A stretch of DNA of 57,153 nucleotides from Acidobacteriota bacterium (GTDB lineage: Bacteria > Acidobacteriota > Terriglobia > Acidiferrales > 2-02-FULL-67-57): NCBI GenBank assembly GCA_022571295.1, contig JACZYA010000002.1:1-57153 (forward strand). Reading direction: 5' to 3'. Every line of letters starts with the position of its first letter. Position 1 is the stretch's first letter. This document shows positions 9,089 through 18,854 of the stretch, one piece after another. Below the pieces are notes generated by a model. It saw only the letters and a program-made list of their open reading frames with translations, searched no databases and was not told where the DNA came from. A program made the translations under genes and the position numbers.

Positions 9089-10353
9089 GCGGCAGCGCGG
9101 CGGATGCGGGCGCCGACGGCGCGCAATTTTCCCTCAAAGCCTTCGTAGCCGCGGTCAAGGTGATAGACGCGATCGATTGTGGTTTCGCCTTCGGCTGCCA
9201 GGCCCGCCAGCACCAGCGAAGCGCTGGCGCGCAGGTCGGAAGCAATCACACCCGCGCCCGACAGCGGCGTGCGCCCGCGCACAACCGCTTGCCGGCCTTC
9301 CACGGTAATGGCCGCGCCCATCCGTACCAGCTCCGGGACGTGCAGGAAGCGGTTCTCGAAAATGCTCTCGGTGATGCGGGTCGTGCCTTCGGCCTGCGTC
9401 ATCAGCGCCATGTACTGCGCTTGCATGTCGGTGGGGAAGCCGGGGTATTCTTTGGTGGTCAGGTCGGCGGGCCGCAGCCGTTCGGGGCGGGCCACCACTA
9501 CGCAGCCACGTTCTTTCTTTGTTACGGTTAGGCCGGCGGCTTCCAGTTGCCGCAGGACGGCGTGCAGGTGCTCGCAGTCGCAGTTGCTTACCTCTAGTTC
9601 TCCGCCGGTGATGGCCCCGGCCAGGATGAAGGTGGCGGCCTCGATGCGGTCGGGAATGATGCGGTGCGTGGTGCCGTGCAACTTGGTGACGCCGCGCACG
9701 CGGAGGGTGGAAGTTCCGTCGCCTTCAATCTGGGCGCCCATCGAGCGCAGCAGGCGGGCCAGGTCAGTCACTTCCGGCTCGCGCGCGGCATTTTCCAGCA
9801 GGGTTTCGCCTTCCGCCAGGCATGCGGCCATGAGGATGTTTTCCGTCCCGGTTACGGTGATTTTGTCGAGGCGGATGCGCGCGCCGCGCAGGCCCTTGGT
9901 CTGGGCGTTCACGTAGCCGTGCTCGACCGTGAATTGCGCGCCCAGTTTCTCCAGTCCTTTCAGATGAATATCAATCGGGCGGGCGCCGATGGCGCAGCCG
10001 CCCGGCAGCGACACCCGCGCCTCTCCGGTGCGAGCCAACAGCGGCCCCAAGGTCAACACCGAGGCGCGCATGGTTCGGACCATCCGGTAGGGGGCTTCGG
10101 GTCGGACGATGCGCTCGGCGCAGAGTTTCAGTTCGCCGTCGGGCTGCAAGTCAGCCGGCTCGGCGGCAACGCCCATGTGCTGGAGAAGATCCTTCATGGT
10201 GAAAATGTCGCGTACGCGGGGCACGTTGGTCAGGTGGAGCGGCTCGGAAGAGAGCAGCGCAGCGGCCATTGCAGGCAGGGCGGCGTTCTTGGCACCGCTG
10301 ACGGTGATGCGCCCCCGCAGTGGAACTCCGCCTTCAATCACAAACCGGTCCAT
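9085..10353 (-). CDS. murA: UDP-N-acetylglucosamine 1-carboxyvinyltransferase
   Basis: 422 aa: '[27 protein letters not shown]...' with the EPSP-synthase-like fold. It is the last gene of the minus-strand nagZ/amiE-SSS-murQ string. Confidence 0.95.
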   Translation of the reverse strand: MDRFVIEGGVPLRGRITVSGAKNAALPAMAAALLSSEPLHLTNVPRVRDIFTMKDLLQHMGVAAEPADLQPDGELKLCAERIVRPEAPYRMVRTMRASVLTLGPLLARTGEARVSLPGGCAIGARPIDIHLKGLEKLGAQFTVEHGYVNAQTKGLRGARIRLDKITVTGTENILMAACLAEGETLLENAAREPEVTDLARLLRSMGAQIEGDGTSTLRVRGVTKLHGTTHRIIPDRIEAATFILAGAITGGELEVSNCDCEHLHAVLRQLEAAGLTVTKKERGCVVVARPERLRPADLTTKEYPGFPTDMQAQYMALMTQAEGTTRITESIFENRFLHVPELVRMGAAITVEGRQAVVRGRTPLSGAGVIASDLRASASLVLAGLAAEGETTIDRVYHLDRGYEGFEGKLRAVGARIRRAAA

Positions 10354-10388
10354 AGCTGGGTCCTACGATACACCAACAGCAGGTCGAA

Positions 10389-11288
10389 TTATTTTTCTCC
10401 GAGGGTTTGGGCGACGTGGCCGTGGCTGCGGCGGAGGCGGCGCTGGGCTTCTGTGCGGGTGCAACCGAGCCGGCTCATCACAATCGCCGCTTTCAAGTTT
10501 CCGCCCGAGCGCTGGATTAATCGGCGGGCTTGGGCCGGAGAGCATCCGAGCGCAAGTTGCAAGATGCGCTGGCCGCGGCGGCGCAGCTTGGCGTTGCTCA
10601 TCTGCACGTTGACCATCAGGTTGCGATAGACGTGCCCCAGGCGCACCAGTGCCGCCGTGCTCAGCATGTTCAGGACGAGTTTTTGCGCCGTGCCTGCTTT
10701 GAGGCGGGTGGAACCGGCTATGACTTCCGGGCCGGTGGCGGGACAGATGGCTATCTGCGCGCGGCGCGCCACCGGCGAGCGCGGGTTGCTGGTGACGGCG
10801 ACCGTGAACGCGCGTTGTTTGCGCGCCTGTGCTAGCGCGCCCACGGCATAAGGGGTGGCGCCGCTGGCCGTGAGCACAACTACCACGTCTCCAGCCCGCA
10901 CGCCACCGCGACGCAGGTCGCGCGCCCCGGCTGTGCGTGAGTCCTCTGCGGCTTCCGAAGAGCGGAACATCGCCCGGCGCCCCCCGGCCAGGATGGCTTG
11001 CACTTTGCGCGGCGAAACCTGGAAGGTGGGCGGAATTTCCGCTGCATCCAGCACGCCCAAGCGCCCGCTGGTGCCGGCGCCGAGGTAGAAGAGCCGCCCC
11101 CCGCGTTGTAGAGATGCGACGATGGCATCCACCGCGCGAGCGATGTGCGGCAACTGTCGGCGGACCGCCGCGTGTACGCGGGCGTCCTCCCGGTTCATCA
11201 CTTGCAGAAGTTTTCTGGTGGAGAGCCGGTCCAAGTGCGTGGTGCGGGGGTTGGGGCGCTCGGTGACAGGGAGCGATGCGCGTTTCAT
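10389..11288 (-). CDS. murQ: N-acetylmuramic acid 6-phosphate etherase
   Basis: 299 aa with a SIS domain and 'YLGAGTSGRLGVLDA'. The start ATG overlaps the upstream symporter stop (ATGA). Confidence 0.9.
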   Translation of the reverse strand: MKRASLPVTERPNPRTTHLDRLSTRKLLQVMNREDARVHAAVRRQLPHIARAVDAIVASLQRGGRLFYLGAGTSGRLGVLDAAEIPPTFQVSPRKVQAILAGGRRAMFRSSEAAEDSRTAGARDLRRGGVRAGDVVVVLTASGATPYAVGALAQARKQRAFTVAVTSNPRSPVARRAQIAICPATGPEVIAGSTRLKAGTAQKLVLNMLSTAALVRLGHVYRNLMVNVQMSNAKLRRRGQRILQLALGCSPAQARRLIQRSGGNLKAAIVMSRLGCTRTEAQRRLRRSHGHVAQTLGEK

Positions 11289-13042
11289 CCGAAGGTTTCC
11301 CAGCCGCGGCGAGTGAAGTCAAAGTAGAGCAGCAGCGCGGCGGTTATTGCGCCCGCCAGCAGAAGCAAGCCAAGTGTCCAGAATCCCAGTAACAGTTTGC
11401 CGGTGGCGAAGAGCGCCAGATAGACCATCGCCCAACCCAGCACCCAGGCGCGCAGATTGGCCCAACCCGCAGCGGTGCTGCGCACCTCGGGAGCCTGTGC
11501 GGCCACGGGTCGCCAACCGGTGGCAGCCGGGCGCACGCGGCGATAGAAGTTCAGCAGGTGGTCGGCGGGCTCGGGCCGCGTCAGGAAAGTCACCGTCAGC
11601 CAGACGGCGGTGCAGACCGCGGTGGTGGCGAGCATGTTCTTCGCAAAAAGCAACTGCTCGCCGCCCGCGAAGGGCACCCAATGGCGCAGCGCGAGCGAGG
11701 TGAGGAAGGCGGCGATCATGGCGGAGATTTCGCTCCAGGCATTGATGCGCCACCAGTACCAGCGCAGCAGATAGACTGCGCCGGTGCCGGCGCCGATCAT
11801 GAGCAGCAGCGCCCAGGCGCCTCGGATGGTTTCCAGGTAGTAGGTGACGCCGCCCGCCAGCAGCATCAACAGGATGGTCGCTACCTGCGCCGCGCGCAGG
11901 TGATGCTGCTCCGTGGCGTGCGGGCGGAGGAAGCGGCGGTAGAAGTCGTTGATGATGTAGGACGCGCCCCAGTTCAGGTGAGTGCTGATGGTGGACATGT
12001 AGGCGGCCAGGAAAGCGGCCAGCATCAGCCCGCGCAGGCTGGCGGGCAGGTGGTCCACCATGACGAGCACGTAGCCGGCTTCCTTATCGGCCAGGTCGGG
12101 GTAGAGAACCACGGAGGCGAGCGCCACCAGAATCCACGGCCAGGGGCGCAGGGCGTAGTGGGCGATGTTGAACCAGAGCGTGGCCCAGAGCGAATGCTTC
12201 TCGTCCTTAGCGCAGAAGATGCGCTGCGCCACGTAGCCGCCGCCGCCCGGCTCGGCGCCGGGATACCAACTGGCCCACCAGTTCACCCCGATGAAGACCA
12301 AGAAGGCGGTGAGCGGCATCCAGGCGGAGTCGGTCGCCGGCAGGAAGTCGAGCAGCGAGCCGCCGCCGGCGTTGGCGGCCTCCAGTGCGAGAAGTTTGGT
12401 CTTTAACGCTCCCAGGCCGCCGACGGCGGCGACGGCGAAGTAGGCCAGGGCGATGGTCATGCTCATCATCAGGACAAATTGCAGCAGGTCGGTGATGAGC
12501 ACGCCCCACAGGCCGGCCATGGTGGTGTAGACGGCGGTCAGGGCCAGGCAGAGCAGCACGGCCGTAAGGCGCGAGAGGCCGAGCGTCAATTGGAAGACTT
12601 TGGCCATGGCCAAGTTGACCCAGCCCATGATGAGGCAGTTCATCAGCACGCCCAGGTAAAGGGCGCGGAAGCCGCGCAGGAAGGCCGCCGGGCGGCCAGC
12701 GTAGCGCAGCTCGATGAACTCTACGTCGGTCAGCACACCGGCGCGGCGCCACAAGCGAGCGAAGAAGAACACCGTCATCATCCCGCTCAGCAGCAGCGAC
12801 CACCACAACCAGTTGCCGGCGATGCCGAAGCTGGCGGTCAGGCCGGTCACGGCCAGCGGGGTGTCCACGGCGAAGGTGGTTGCGACCATCGAGGTGCCGG
12901 CAATCCACCAGGGAACGCCGCGGCCGGAGACGAAGAAGTCGGCCAAGCTGCGCTGCGCGCGGGCGCGCAGATACCAGGCGATGCCGAAGGAAATCAGGAA
13001 ATAGGTACCCAAGCAGAGCCAGTCGATAAGAGAAAGTTGCAC
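11285..13042 (-). CDS. Sodium:solute symporter (SSS) family transporter, candidate amino-sugar/MurNAc importer
   Basis: 585 aa with about 13-14 TM helices and a GTG start. It lies between the NagZ-AmiE fusion gene and murQ. The substrate is inferred from context only. Confidence 0.8.
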   Translation of the reverse strand: MQLSLIDWLCLGTYFLISFGIAWYLRARAQRSLADFFVSGRGVPWWIAGTSMVATTFAVDTPLAVTGLTASFGIAGNWLWWSLLLSGMMTVFFFARLWRRAGVLTDVEFIELRYAGRPAAFLRGFRALYLGVLMNCLIMGWVNLAMAKVFQLTLGLSRLTAVLLCLALTAVYTTMAGLWGVLITDLLQFVLMMSMTIALAYFAVAAVGGLGALKTKLLALEAANAGGGSLLDFLPATDSAWMPLTAFLVFIGVNWWASWYPGAEPGGGGYVAQRIFCAKDEKHSLWATLWFNIAHYALRPWPWILVALASVVLYPDLADKEAGYVLVMVDHLPASLRGLMLAAFLAAYMSTISTHLNWGASYIINDFYRRFLRPHATEQHHLRAAQVATILLMLLAGGVTYYLETIRGAWALLLMIGAGTGAVYLLRWYWWRINAWSEISAMIAAFLTSLALRHWVPFAGGEQLLFAKNMLATTAVCTAVWLTVTFLTRPEPADHLLNFYRRVRPAATGWRPVAAQAPEVRSTAAGWANLRAWVLGWAMVYLALFATGKLLLGFWTLGLLLLAGAITAALLLYFDFTRRGWETFG

Positions 13043-13046
13043 GCGG

Positions 13047-16010
13047 CTACTCGTTCCGTGTTCCGGGCGCTGCTGCGGCTGCGGTGTCAGCCGGTGCCAG
13101 CCCCAACGCTTCTACCACCGCGTCGTGCACCCGGGGACGGAAGTGGCGGATGCGCCGGTTCTCGCGGGTGGGGTGGACGCGGTTGGTGAGCAGGACGACG
13201 AACAGTTCTTTTTCTGGGTCAATCCAAATAGAGGTGCCGGTGAAGCCGGTGTGGCCGAAGGCGCGTGGGGAAAAGTATTGGCCGGCGGAGGCGTAGGCGG
13301 GCGGATCGGAGGGGGTGTCCCAGCCCAGGGCGCGGGTGGATTCAGGCAAGTTCTGCCGGGTGGTGAACAGTTCGATGGTGCTGCGCTGCAAGATGCGCCG
13401 GTGGGCGTAGATGCCGCCGTTGAGCAGGAGCTGGCAGAACGCAGCCAGATCGCGCGCGGTGGAGAACAGTCCGGCGTGGGGAGCGACGCCACCCATCACC
13501 CAGGCGTTTTCGTCGTGCACTTCTCCCTGCACCACGCGGTTGCGAAACTCGCGGTCGTCCTCGGTGGGAGCGATGCGGCTGCGCCAGGCGGCGGGCGGAT
13601 TGAAGAGAATGTTCTTCACGCCCAGCGGGCCGAAGAGATTCGCGCGCAAGAATTCGTCCAGCGATTGGCCGCTGAGGCGCTCGATGATTTCGCCCAGCAG
13701 AATGACGCCCAGGTCGCTATAGACGGCGCGCGAGCCGGTGGGATATTCAAGTGGCAGCGCATAAACGCGCTGGAGGAGTTCCTCGCGACTCTCCACCTCT
13801 TGAAAGAAGCGCAGGTAGCCGGGCAAGCCGCTGGAGTGGGTGAGCAGGTGGCGCACCTGAATGCGGCGCTTGGCCGCCGCGTCGGCGCCCTGCGCCAGCT
13901 CGGGCAGGAAGCGCGTGATAGGCGCATCCAGCGGTAGCACCCCGCGCTGGTAGAGCAGCATGGCGGCGGTGGTGGTGCCGACCACTTTTGTCAGCGAGGC
14001 CAGGTCGTAGAGCGTGTCGGCGCGCACGGGCGGGGCATTGGGCTCGTAGGTGAAGCGCCCGAAGGGATGCAGCGCCACCAGGCGGCCCTGATGGCCGACG
14101 GCCAGCACGCCGCCGGGCGTGACGCCCTCGGCCACGGCGTCGTCCAACAGGGAAAAGACCGGGGCAAAGTGTTCTTCGTCGCTGGGGCGGGGCGCGGCCA
14201 GCTCCAGAGGTAACGCTGACCGAACCAGTCCCGCGCCTCGATCGGCTACGCCGGGTATGGTGACGGGGAGCTTGCCGCCGATGGCGGTCTGGCCGAACAG
14301 CGCGCGGACGGCGGCGCGCTCGGCCACCGCGGCGGTGCTGAAGGTGGCGAGCACGGTGCCGGCGTCGGGGAAGCGTTCGGCCAGGTAAGGGCTACCGAGA
14401 ATCACTAGGACAGTGGGCTTGCCATCGGCGAGCACGCGCTCCACCAACTCCGCCAGTTCGTCAGGGAAGCCCAGGTCTCCCTTGCCGCTCGCCACCCGGA
14501 CAAACACCGCCACCATGCTCCAGTCGTAGAGGTCGGGCGAGGGTAGCTCAACTTCCTCGGGCGTGAAGTAGAGAGGGTCGGCGCGGACGGTGAGCAGGGA
14601 ATCCACACGTAGCTCGATTTCTTTCTCCAGCACCCTACCGGGAAAAGCATTGGCGTCGGCGGCCAACAGGAGGAGAAAGCCGCGCCGGGGTTGGGTGGAA
14701 TCCAGGGGGAGCAAGCCGGCATGGTCGCGGAGAAGGGTGATACCGCGGTCGGCAGCCTCCAGCGCTTGCTGCTCAAATTCGGGACTCGCCAGCACGGCTT
14801 CCAGCCGGTTGAGTTCCACCTGGGTTGAGCGGTGGAGGTTCAAGCGCGCTTTGGCTTCCAGGATCCGCCGCACGGATTCGTCCAGGCGTGTCTGGGTGAG
14901 CCGGCCGGATTCAACCGCGCGCTTGAGGGCGGCGAAGGCGACTTCCGGTTGGGGCGACATGAGAATGACGTCGGCGCCGGCTTCGACGGCGCGGACGGCG
15001 GCCTCGCCGGCCCAGTAATTTTCTGTGATGGCGTTCATCGTCATGGCGTCGGTGATGATGAGGCCGTCGAAGCCCAGCTCCCGGCGAAGCAGGTCGGTGA
15101 GCAGCGCGGACGAGAAGGTGGCCGGCAGTTGCGGATCGGGCTCGAGGGCGGGCACGATCAAGTGCCCCGGCATGATGGCGCTGACGCCGGCGGCAATGGC
15201 GGCGCGGAAGGGAGCGAGCTCGACTGCGTCCAGCCGGGCACGGTCAACGGTAATCACCGGCAGACTGAGGTGGCTGTCAGTGGCGGTGTCGCCGTGGCCG
15301 GGGAAATGCTTGGCGGTGCAGAGAGCGCCGTTTTCCTCGCAGCCGCGCACGAAGGCGGCCACCATCGCGGCCACCTGCTCGGGGTCTTCGCCGAAGGAGC
15401 GGATGTTGATGACGGGGTTCTCGGGATTGTTGTTGACGTCGGCCACCGGCGCCAGCACCCAGTGCACGCCCAGTGCGCGGGCTTCGATGGCGGCGGCGCG
15501 GCCCAGGGCTTCGGCATACTTGGGATCGCCAGTAGCGCCGACGGCCATGTTGTGCGGGAAGACGGTGGTGGGGTGGACGCGGAAGCTGGCGCCGCGCTCG
15601 AAGTCGCCCGCCACCAGCAAGGGCGTGCGCGCCAATTGTTGCAGGCGATTGGTCAAGCGGGCCAGAGCATAGACTTCCGTCAGCTCGATCCCGCTGGGTT
15701 TGCGGGGCCGGGTGGCGACCACGAAACCGCCCACGTGCAGTTCCCGGACCTGCTGAGATAGACGAGCAAATTCCTCACTCTTGTTGTTGGAAAAGGCGCC
15801 GAAGTAGGGCACCATCAGGAGCTGCCCGACCTTTTCCTCTAGGGTCAGGCGCTTGAGGGTGCGCTCGACCCAGCGCCGGGCGGCGCGGGGAAGCTGCTTG
15901 CCGGAGTCGGCTTGGGCGAAGGCAGGGGTCGCGCTTAGTGGCAGCAGGAGAAAGAACAACAGCAGGCAGGCGGTGCGTCGCAGGCGAGACTCCACTGGGG
16001 CGTGAACCAC
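13047..16010 (-). CDS. Secreted bifunctional fusion: GH3 beta-N-acetylglucosaminidase (NagZ-like, N- and C-domains) + serine-hydrolase/beta-lactamase-fold domain (AmiE/YbbE-like MurNAc-L-Ala amidase)
   Basis: 987 aa with signal peptide '...LLFFLLLPLSATPAFAQ'. GH3 motifs are 'KHFPGHGDT' and 'LIITDAMTMNAI'. The C-terminal domain has S-x-x-K 'ASLTKVVG', 'YSDLG' and 'GHTGFTGTS'. The exact GTG start is uncertain (16010 or 15995). Confidence 0.85.
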   Translation of the reverse strand: MVHAPVESRLRRTACLLLFFLLLPLSATPAFAQADSGKQLPRAARRWVERTLKRLTLEEKVGQLLMVPYFGAFSNNKSEEFARLSQQVRELHVGGFVVATRPRKPSGIELTEVYALARLTNRLQQLARTPLLVAGDFERGASFRVHPTTVFPHNMAVGATGDPKYAEALGRAAAIEARALGVHWVLAPVADVNNNPENPVINIRSFGEDPEQVAAMVAAFVRGCEENGALCTAKHFPGHGDTATDSHLSLPVITVDRARLDAVELAPFRAAIAAGVSAIMPGHLIVPALEPDPQLPATFSSALLTDLLRRELGFDGLIITDAMTMNAITENYWAGEAAVRAVEAGADVILMSPQPEVAFAALKRAVESGRLTQTRLDESVRRILEAKARLNLHRSTQVELNRLEAVLASPEFEQQALEAADRGITLLRDHAGLLPLDSTQPRRGFLLLLAADANAFPGRVLEKEIELRVDSLLTVRADPLYFTPEEVELPSPDLYDWSMVAVFVRVASGKGDLGFPDELAELVERVLADGKPTVLVILGSPYLAERFPDAGTVLATFSTAAVAERAAVRALFGQTAIGGKLPVTIPGVADRGAGLVRSALPLELAAPRPSDEEHFAPVFSLLDDAVAEGVTPGGVLAVGHQGRLVALHPFGRFTYEPNAPPVRADTLYDLASLTKVVGTTTAAMLLYQRGVLPLDAPITRFLPELAQGADAAAKRRIQVRHLLTHSSGLPGYLRFFQEVESREELLQRVYALPLEYPTGSRAVYSDLGVILLGEIIERLSGQSLDEFLRANLFGPLGVKNILFNPPAAWRSRIAPTEDDREFRNRVVQGEVHDENAWVMGGVAPHAGLFSTARDLAAFCQLLLNGGIYAHRRILQRSTIELFTTRQNLPESTRALGWDTPSDPPAYASAGQYFSPRAFGHTGFTGTSIWIDPEKELFVVLLTNRVHPTRENRRIRHFRPRVHDAVVEALGLAPADTAAAAAPGTRNE

Positions 16011-16078
16011 TCCTCCGCAAAATTACTTGACCCTGCCAGGGGCAGTTCGTATATAGCACAGCCGGAAGCGGGTTGCGA

Positions 16079-17314
16079 ATGCTTTTGCGCCGACTAAAAG
16101 CGGTGGCAGTGCTGGTAGCGCTGGTGCTGCTGGTGTTTCTGCTGCGCGGGAACCGGTGGTGGCCGCCGCCCCCCACCAGGGTGGCTCCGGTGCGAACCGG
16201 GATTGATGTGCTGGCAGCCGACGGCTTCGCGTTGCTGGCGGGCAAGCGCGTCGGGTTGATTACCAACCAGACCGGGCGAACGCGGGACGGCCGGCGGACG
16301 GTTGACCTGCTGGCGGCGGCGCCGGAGGTGAAGTTGGTGGCGCTATTTTCTCCCGAGCATGGGATGGAAGGTGTGCGAACGGGGCGCGTGGAAGATGGCG
16401 CCGACTCGGCCACCGGTCTGCGAGTGTACAGTCTCTATGGCCAGACGCGGCGGCCCACGGCGGAGATGCTGGGCGGGTTGGATGCACTCGTCTTTGATAT
16501 TCAGGACGCCGGGGTGCGCTACTACACCTACGTCACCACCATGGGCTATGCGATGGAAGAGGCGACGCGGCGCGGCATCGAGTTCGTGGTGCTCGACCGT
16601 CCCAACCCATTGAACGGGCGCGCGGTCGAAGGGCCGATCTTGGACGCCGACCGGTTGAGCTTTGAGGGCTACTTTCCCTTGCCGCTGCGCCACGGGATGA
16701 CGCTGGGCGAGCTGGCGCGGCTGTTCAACCGGAAAAAGAAGATCGGCGCGCGCTTGACGGTGGTGCCACTGGCGGGATGGCGGCGCGAGCAGTGGTTCGA
16801 CCAAACGGGGTTGGAGTGGGTCAATCCCTCGCCCAACCTGCGTAGCCTGGCGGGAAACACTTTTTATCCGGCGGTGGAGTTGCTGCGTGCGGGCGGAGTG
16901 TCGGTGGGGCGGGGAACCGACACGCCCTTCGAGTTGTTCGGCGCGCCGTGGATGGAGGCAGAAAAACTAGCGGGCTATCTGAACCAGCGTGGCGTTCCCG
17001 GCGTGCGCTTTGAACCGCTGCGCTTTCGGCCCACCGCTGACGTGCACGCCGACCAGGATTGTCAGGGCGTACGCCTGTTGCTGGCCGACCGGGAAGTGCT
17101 TGACCTCGGGCGGTTGGGGGTGGAGTTGGTAGCGGCGCTGCATCGTTTCTACCCACAGGATTTCGAATTGGCGAAGACCATCCGCTTGCTCGGCTCGGCG
17201 CGGACGCTGGCGCGGCTGAAGGCCGGCGACGATCCCGCTGACATCGCTGCCGGTTGGGAAGAAGAATTGGCGGCGTTCCGGAAGTTGCGCGCGCCCTACC
17301 TGCTTTACGACTGA
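16079..17314 (+). CDS. DUF1343 protein, NamZ/YbbC-like exo-beta-N-acetylmuramidase
   Basis: 'GKRVGLITNQTG', 'LFSPEHG', 'VYSLYGQTRRPT', 'FDIQDAGVRYYTY' and 'VLDRPNP' resemble B. subtilis YbbC (from memory). An N-terminal TM anchor is present. ATG 16079 is preferred over TTG 16073. Confidence 0.85.
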   Translation: MLLRRLKAVAVLVALVLLVFLLRGNRWWPPPPTRVAPVRTGIDVLAADGFALLAGKRVGLITNQTGRTRDGRRTVDLLAAAPEVKLVALFSPEHGMEGVRTGRVEDGADSATGLRVYSLYGQTRRPTAEMLGGLDALVFDIQDAGVRYYTYVTTMGYAMEEATRRGIEFVVLDRPNPLNGRAVEGPILDADRLSFEGYFPLPLRHGMTLGELARLFNRKKKIGARLTVVPLAGWRREQWFDQTGLEWVNPSPNLRSLAGNTFYPAVELLRAGGVSVGRGTDTPFELFGAPWMEAEKLAGYLNQRGVPGVRFEPLRFRPTADVHADQDCQGVRLLLADREVLDLGRLGVELVAALHRFYPQDFELAKTIRLLGSARTLARLKAGDDPADIAAGWEEELAAFRKLRAPYLLYD

Positions 17315-17380
17315 GGTCTCTCCTCGCACGCAAGAAGTTTTCTCCCTTGTTATTTCGAGGAGCCTGCTCGCGGCGGGTGA

Positions 17381-17441
17381 CGAAGAATCTCGTGCGTTGC
17401 TGACGGTCATGTAGGGGATTCTTCGCTTTGCTCAGAATGAC
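17381..17441. repeat. Inverted repeat (cgaagaatc / gattcttcg) carrying one copy of a dispersed 25-nt motif
   Basis: 9-bp arms at 17381-17389 and 17417-17425. 17417-17441 is the reverse complement of gtcattctgagcaaagcgaagaatc and matches 42350-42374 at 22/25 positions. It lies between convergent genes and so may act as a terminator. Confidence 0.55.
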
Positions 17442-17465
17442 AACAAACTGAGTTTTCGTGGAATA

Positions 17466-18854
17466 TCAGGGTTGCGTGGGAGCGCGGCGCTGCCAGAACC
17501 AGTAGAGCGGCAGGCCGGCGGCCATGAACAGCAAACCCAGCCCGGTTTCCATCGGGCTGTTGTATGCAATGTTGAGAATGAACACCGCAGCCACCACCAC
17601 GAAGGCGGCCGGCACCCAGGGATAGCCCAGCGTGCGGTAGGGGCGCGGCAGGTCGGGCTGCGTGCGGCGGAGGACGAGGACTGAAGCGGTGGTCATGCCG
17701 TAGAAAAGCCAGAGCCCGAAGATGGTGTAGGTGAAGAGCTTGTCGAAGGCGTCGCGGCTGTTTCCGAAGATCAGGATCAGCACGCAGGAAAAAATAGCCT
17801 GCAACAGCAGTGCCTTGGCGGGCGTGCGGTGGAGGGGGTGGACCTGTGCCATGAAGCGGAAGAAGAGGCGGTCGCGGGCCATGGCGTAGGGAATGCGGGC
17901 GCCGCTGAGGATGGCGGCGTTGAGGGTGGCAAAGGTAGAGATGAGCGCGCCCAGGGTGATGATGATTCCGCCCCACTCGCCCAGGAAACTGCGGGCCATC
18001 TCCTGCGCCACGCGCTCGGTGCCCTGCACGGTTGCGAGCGGCAGGATGTAGAAGTAGGCGGCGTTGACGAAGAGATACACCAGCATCACACCCAGGGTGC
18101 CGAAAATGAGTGCGCGCGGGATGTTGCGCTCCGGGTCGCGCACTTCCTCGCCCACCATGGTCAGGTTGTTCCAGCCGTCGTAAGCCCACAACGCCGCCAC
18201 CAGCGCCACCCCGAAGGCGCTGAAGGTGCCCACACCTTTGGGCGCGGCGAAGAAGGGCTCGAAGGCCGACGGGGCTGCGTGTCCGAGGACGAAGGCCAGC
18301 GCCGCCAGCGTCAGGATGATGGCTACTTTCATCACGGTGAACACGGTCTGCACCGCGCCGCCCAGGATGACGCCCAGGTAGTTGATGACGGTCAGGCCGA
18401 TGATGGCGGAGAGCGAGATCACTTGCGCGCCGGTGAGCGACCAGGTGGCGAAACCCAGCGGCAGCCGCAGCATCTCCTCGTGCAGGGCGCTGAAGAAGTA
18501 GCCCAGGAAAAGCGCGAAGGCGGTGGCGATGGTGGCGATGGAGCCGGTCTTGCCGATGACGAACGCTTCCCACCCGTAGAGGTAGCCCCAGAGCGGCCCG
18601 TAGGCGCGCCGGAGGAAAACGTACTCGCCCCCCGCTTGCGGCATGGCCGCGCCCAACTCGGCGTAGCTCAGCGCGCCGGCCAGCGAGAGCAGACCGCCCA
18701 CAATCCAGACCAGGAAGACCAGTCCGACCGAGTCCACTTGCCGCGCGATGGAGGAGGGGACGAGGAAAATTCCCGTGCCGATGATGGTGCCGGTCACGAT
18801 GGAGCCGGCGCCCCAAATACCCAGTCCGCGGATCAGTTGCGGTTGTGTGCTCAT
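17466..18854 (-). CDS. APC-superfamily amino acid permease
   Basis: 462 aa, 12 TM helices, 'GAGSIVTGTIIGTGIF'. The start overlaps the stop of the upstream symporter (ATGA). Confidence 0.85.
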   Translation of the reverse strand: MSTQPQLIRGLGIWGAGSIVTGTIIGTGIFLVPSSIARQVDSVGLVFLVWIVGGLLSLAGALSYAELGAAMPQAGGEYVFLRRAYGPLWGYLYGWEAFVIGKTGSIATIATAFALFLGYFFSALHEEMLRLPLGFATWSLTGAQVISLSAIIGLTVINYLGVILGGAVQTVFTVMKVAIILTLAALAFVLGHAAPSAFEPFFAAPKGVGTFSAFGVALVAALWAYDGWNNLTMVGEEVRDPERNIPRALIFGTLGVMLVYLFVNAAYFYILPLATVQGTERVAQEMARSFLGEWGGIIITLGALISTFATLNAAILSGARIPYAMARDRLFFRFMAQVHPLHRTPAKALLLQAIFSCVLILIFGNSRDAFDKLFTYTIFGLWLFYGMTTASVLVLRRTQPDLPRPYRTLGYPWVPAAFVVVAAVFILNIAYNSPMETGLGLLFMAAGLPLYWFWQRRAPTQP

